Positions 32,980 to 36,760 of a stretch of DNA of 36,760 bases are shown one piece after another. Position 1 is the stretch's first letter; every line of letters begins with the position of its first letter. The notes beneath the pieces are model-generated. The model made no database searches and had not been told where the DNA came from. It saw only the letters and a list, made by a program, of their open reading frames with translations. Location of the stretch: positions 1-36,760 of the forward strand of contig NKIB01015278.1 in NCBI GenBank assembly GCA_002256025.1. Direction: 5' to 3'. The DNA is from Asterionella formosa (Eukaryota). Made by a program: the position numbers and the translations under genes.

Positions 32980-34653
32980 TCACGTCCGAAAAAGCCTCAT
33001 AGTCAATATATCATGGTGTGGCTGAACAACTTCTAGCATGGGGGACGACCCTGCAGCTGTATCCATAGTCAATTGTTCATAGTCCACTTGGCTGGCTTTT
33101 CGTAGGATTGAAAGTCCAGCCAATGGGCCAACAAGGTTGAGTCGAACTGCTGCTGATACAACATCGCGAGCTAAGCAATACTGCAAAACTCGACAAACTT
33201 CTTCTGGTGTAGTAATGCCTAGCTCTTTTGCAATGATGCCAAACAAGGCACCAAAGTGGCCAGTGTCGCTGGTAACATGCTGCTTTATTTCTTTGAAAAG
33301 CAAATTTTGGGGAAGCAATGACCTGGCAACTCGCAACAGCGCTTCGCCCTGATCCAATGATGCCCTGAGTGCAGGTCTATTTGTCACTAAGAGCACGTGA
33401 AGTTGTTGATCTAAGTGTTTCCATTTCTGAAATACATCAGAGGGAAGGTTCACAAGTGAATGACTTTCACGGACAAAAGGTGACAGGAGCTGCATATATG
33501 ATTGAGTTGAAGCCAGCACAAAATTCTCGACACTTTCAGGGGAATCCAGCAAATCAAGCTGTGATGCGGCCTCAATACCAGACGAATGCGCAAAGGCTCC
33601 CGTTGGAAGTGCTGAATCGACAAGGAGGTAGGACGACCAAGACATAGTACTGGCAGCGCACGATAAGTTGCTGTCCACCGCGGCTGAGTTCTTTAAATTC
33701 TGCTTACGCTGCTTGGACTTACCCTTAACAATCTTTGACGAATGATTCGACTGAATTCGATCCTTGTAGATTTCAACGCCAAATGTAGATTTTAATGGTT
33801 GCAATGCGGAATGGAGGACCCTATATACATCTTCGGCTTGCTGTGCTGCTAACCGAATAACATGTGTGTCGGGACTAACCTGGCTCACTCCCAGATCGAA
33901 ACGACCACCAAGATTGAGCGAATTCATGCCAGAGGGAAAATCTCCCCGAATAGATGTATGTTGAGCTGCCAATTGTCGAGCAGTGAAGTCCAATAATTTG
34001 GCTATCTGGGCGCCTCTGTTTCCATGAAGTAACACGGTACCAAAAACACTCATATTAGTGTCAATTGGCGATACAAGCTGTCCATTTATTCGAATTGCGT
34101 CTACTAGAACTCTCTTTTCGTCGACATAAAGAGTTGTCCTTGTTGTGAGTTTGTCGAATTCCCAGACTTCACCTTTATGAACACGACCGGCACTAAATAG
34201 ATCAATCCATATCAAATCTGACGAGGAATGACAATCAATGCGCACTGCTTGCTTATATTTCGAGTCTTTGAACATACAGCATGGATCTGGTGCATAGACC
34301 AGCAAACCCCCGTTCTCGACGTTTATGGTCATGTTGGTTTCGCAATCTTCTCCTGAAGGGTTCTTGTAAATCCGATTTGGACCTTGGGTCACGACTCCCA
34401 ATCGGGCTCCTGATTCGACGCGCACATCGACTGTACTAGTATCGCCCTGCAACATGCCTCCCCCATAGTTCGAGAGCGAAATGAGTTGGGAGCCGTGACT
34501 GGCTACTAGCGACGATGGGATCGGCAGGAGTCGGCTTGGTGATTGATGCTGCACTCTGGTCAAACGAGTTTTCGAATTAACCAATGTTGCCACAACCCTG
34601 GCGAGACCGTGTTGAAAGGAGCTATTCGGCAAACGCGAAAGTTGGGATGCCAT
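32980..34653 (-). CDS. ureDF: Urease accessory protein UreD-UreF fusion, 557 aa
   Basis: UreD half: QSPSRLL, NYGGGMLQGD, VTQGPNRIYK, PDPCCMFKDSKYKQ, SAGRVHKGEVWEF. Lys-rich linker. UreF half: LLVDSALPTGAFAHSSGIEAA, RASLDQG, RDVVSAAVRLNLVGPLAG, HD....RLFRT C-terminus. Confidence 0.93.
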   Translation of the reverse strand: MASQLSRLPNSSFQHGLARVVATLVNSKTRLTRVQHQSPSRLLPIPSSLVASHGSQLISLSNYGGGMLQGDTSTVDVRVESGARLGVVTQGPNRIYKNPSGEDCETNMTINVENGGLLVYAPDPCCMFKDSKYKQAVRIDCHSSSDLIWIDLFSAGRVHKGEVWEFDKLTTRTTLYVDEKRVLVDAIRINGQLVSPIDTNMSVFGTVLLHGNRGAQIAKLLDFTARQLAAQHTSIRGDFPSGMNSLNLGGRFDLGVSQVSPDTHVIRLAAQQAEDVYRVLHSALQPLKSTFGVEIYKDRIQSNHSSKIVKGKSKQRKQNLKNSAAVDSNLSCAASTMSWSSYLLVDSALPTGAFAHSSGIEAASQLDLLDSPESVENFVLASTQSYMQLLSPFVRESHSLVNLPSDVFQKWKHLDQQLHVLLVTNRPALRASLDQGEALLRVARSLLPQNLLFKEIKQHVTSDTGHFGALFGIIAKELGITTPEEVCRVLQYCLARDVVSAAVRLNLVGPLAGLSILRKASQVDYEQLTMDTAAGSSPMLEVVQPHHDILTMRLFRT

Positions 34654-36760
34654 GATCAGTCTCGAAATGATGAGCTTACCAGGTACCAGGTACTTACCAC
34701 CTGGTAACCGATGTTCATCACTGACAATATCTTTTGATGTTCTCCGGGCAACCAGGGGGATTATGTTTATATCTTTAATCTATTTAATTAGCAATAATAC
34801 CTGTTGGTTAAACATGTAGAAAACTACATAGAATAGTTATTACCGGTAAATTCAAGCCATGCCGGCGACAAACCGGTACATATATAGACGTTGGGGTCAT
34901 ATCGTATATGCCGTAAACTTTGTGTCTCGTATCCCCCCATATACCGGTACCTTTGTTACAGTATTACCTTTATTGGATAGATCTATATCATTAGACAAAG
35001 AGGACTACAGATAGAGATGTTCATTTCTCGTGTTCGTTTCTATATTCGCTCTTATTGTGAGTTTACTAAACTAGTTTAGGTTGTTTGGTTTGAAAAAATA
35101 AATGAATTAATCTCCAAATGCTGTCGTTTGCATTTCTAGAAACATACAATCATAGATAGACCCATGTCTATCTCACACTTAGTGATCACAGGATGTTTAT
35201 AGCCATTGATCATTCATTTCAAACTATCGGTCTTCCCAAATAGCTCATATCAACCGGCTCAAGATAGCCGAATTTAACAAAGTTGAATTTGTGGTTGATG
35301 AGAGCTTGGTACATCAACAAAGTTGACTCATTTGAATCATTTGACTCATTTGACTGTGAGTCATAACTACGTAGATGAGCTCACTGTAGCATACCTGTAT
35401 CCCCCTTTGTACATCTGGAACAACACTCCCAAATATTTTTTCTACTGAAAGAACTGAATATTACTGTTTTCTAGCCATTTTAATGGCGTTATACTATAAT
35501 TGTATTCGTACTGGTCACCATCACAAAACAAAAATCAACACCAACACAAGCAATGCCTATGACATTTGCGATGACAATATCCTTGGCCTGAGATCTATTT
35601 CAACAGTCGAAGCTGCAATTCGCAAGCTTGTTGTGGTGCGATTATCAAGCTGAATGCTATAGGATCAGGAAGTGCTGGCCTTGATGATGTTGTCAGCTTG
35701 CCGGAAGCGTTCACAGAATCATTTTCGCCTGTTACCTCAGGATGCAGAAATATTTTGTGCATGTCAGAGTTCTTGTCCATTAATCATATTTGGCTCATCT
35801 CATTTTCTATCATAATCCAAGTCGTAGAACCTGCACAAATTATTACTATTGTAGGATGAAGTACACTCTATATGGATGCCATCATGAAACTCAGGTGCAC
35901 CAGTGCACCAAAACTAAAAATTCTATTGATAATAGAAACCGTTTGAAACTACAACAATATATCTTTTAATGTTGCCATTTACGTTTTAGACTTGAGAGAA
36001 AACGGTGGAGAAGTTTGTTTTTTCATTATGTTGGATCATCAAAAAAGGACCCATGTCTTGTACTCCCCTCTAATTAAAATAAATCGTGGCTGTGTACAAT
36101 GAGGGGTATGAGAAACCAGATTTAATGGGTACACAGTTTACCACTACTTTCGTAGATACAGTGTCTATTTGTGTACATGTGTTTGAGTGCATATTCATTT
36201 TCCTCACATTATTTAGGCAGGGCGGTGTCATCTAAAGTTTTGAGTCTATGTAGGGTATGCTATCTGGTATCATATATATCTAATGAAGGAAAAACAGCTG
36301 CCCCAAGAATTTCTAGATCCATTATTATGGACAACCTACATCATTGGGAGTGAGTTGAAACTGAATAAGTGTGCATAAACCATGCACTTCAGTGCCTTCC
36401 TTGTCTGACCACACATGTGAAGGGAATACTGGTTGCACTTAGATAAACAGCAGCCATAATATAGGATATGATTTATAAATTATCCTGTTTTATCCAGCAC
36501 TTTCAAGGACTGTATCATATCAGTTGCAATGTTCTCTGGGACTACCCTGATTGTTTTCCCTTTATGGGAGTACCTGGTACCAGGTACCATTATTATGAAT
36601 TGACAGCTTACATACCCCCACAATTACAATTTGGCATGCTGATTCTCCTTCCTCAGCAAGCCACCCTACCCTTGCTTCACACAGGAAGTGCAAGCATGAA
36701 CACATGAGAATGGTTTTACAACAAGAAACATAGCAGTTCTTTAGATGCGCAAGAACTAGG

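Noticed and set aside
917..34653. Functional gene cluster
   Set aside because: The genes belong to unrelated pathways (transport, signalling, cell cycle, isoprenoid, Fe-S, urease), so this is an ordinary eukaryotic gene neighbourhood.
35323..35356. TTGACTCAT x3.5 as bZIP/AP-1 sites for ureDF
   Set aside because: It lies ~670 bp upstream inside decayed sequence, and simple slippage explains it equally well.

Overview
Eukaryotic nuclear DNA, most probably a diatom. This rests on short 74-118 bp GT-AG introns with CTAAC/CTGAC branch points and a plastid-targeted protein with a signal peptide plus SAF cleavage motif. About 11 intact genes are supported: SWEET transporter, phospholipase C, APC6/Cdc16, a PHD-bromo-SET H3K4-type methyltransferase, LAMTOR4-like, plastid IDI, a TM-less syntaxin, a 51-aa TOM5-like ORF, a minimal XPA, ISD11/LYRM4 and a UreD-UreF fusion. 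They are separated by CpG-depleted blocks of decayed transposon material. Recognisable mobile DNA includes a DD39D mariner with TIRs carrying a second HIRAN-like ORF, an adjacent CACTA-like non-autonomous element, TA-flanked MITE-like elements, a dispersed ~230 bp repeat and an ~80 bp minisatellite. Three observations stand out. (1) The TOM5-like and mini-XPA ORFs lie in frame 9 nt apart, joined by a TAG|GTACGC junction that could act as either acceptor or donor and so splice out one ORF or the other. (2) A TA-CC(A/T)GG-TA / TA-CCGG-TA motif is stacked upstream of every transcription unit and looks like a transposon excision footprint; one copy interrupts only one of two otherwise matching TIRs. 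(3) The mariner carries two genes. All product calls come from recognising motifs by eye, not from database searches.
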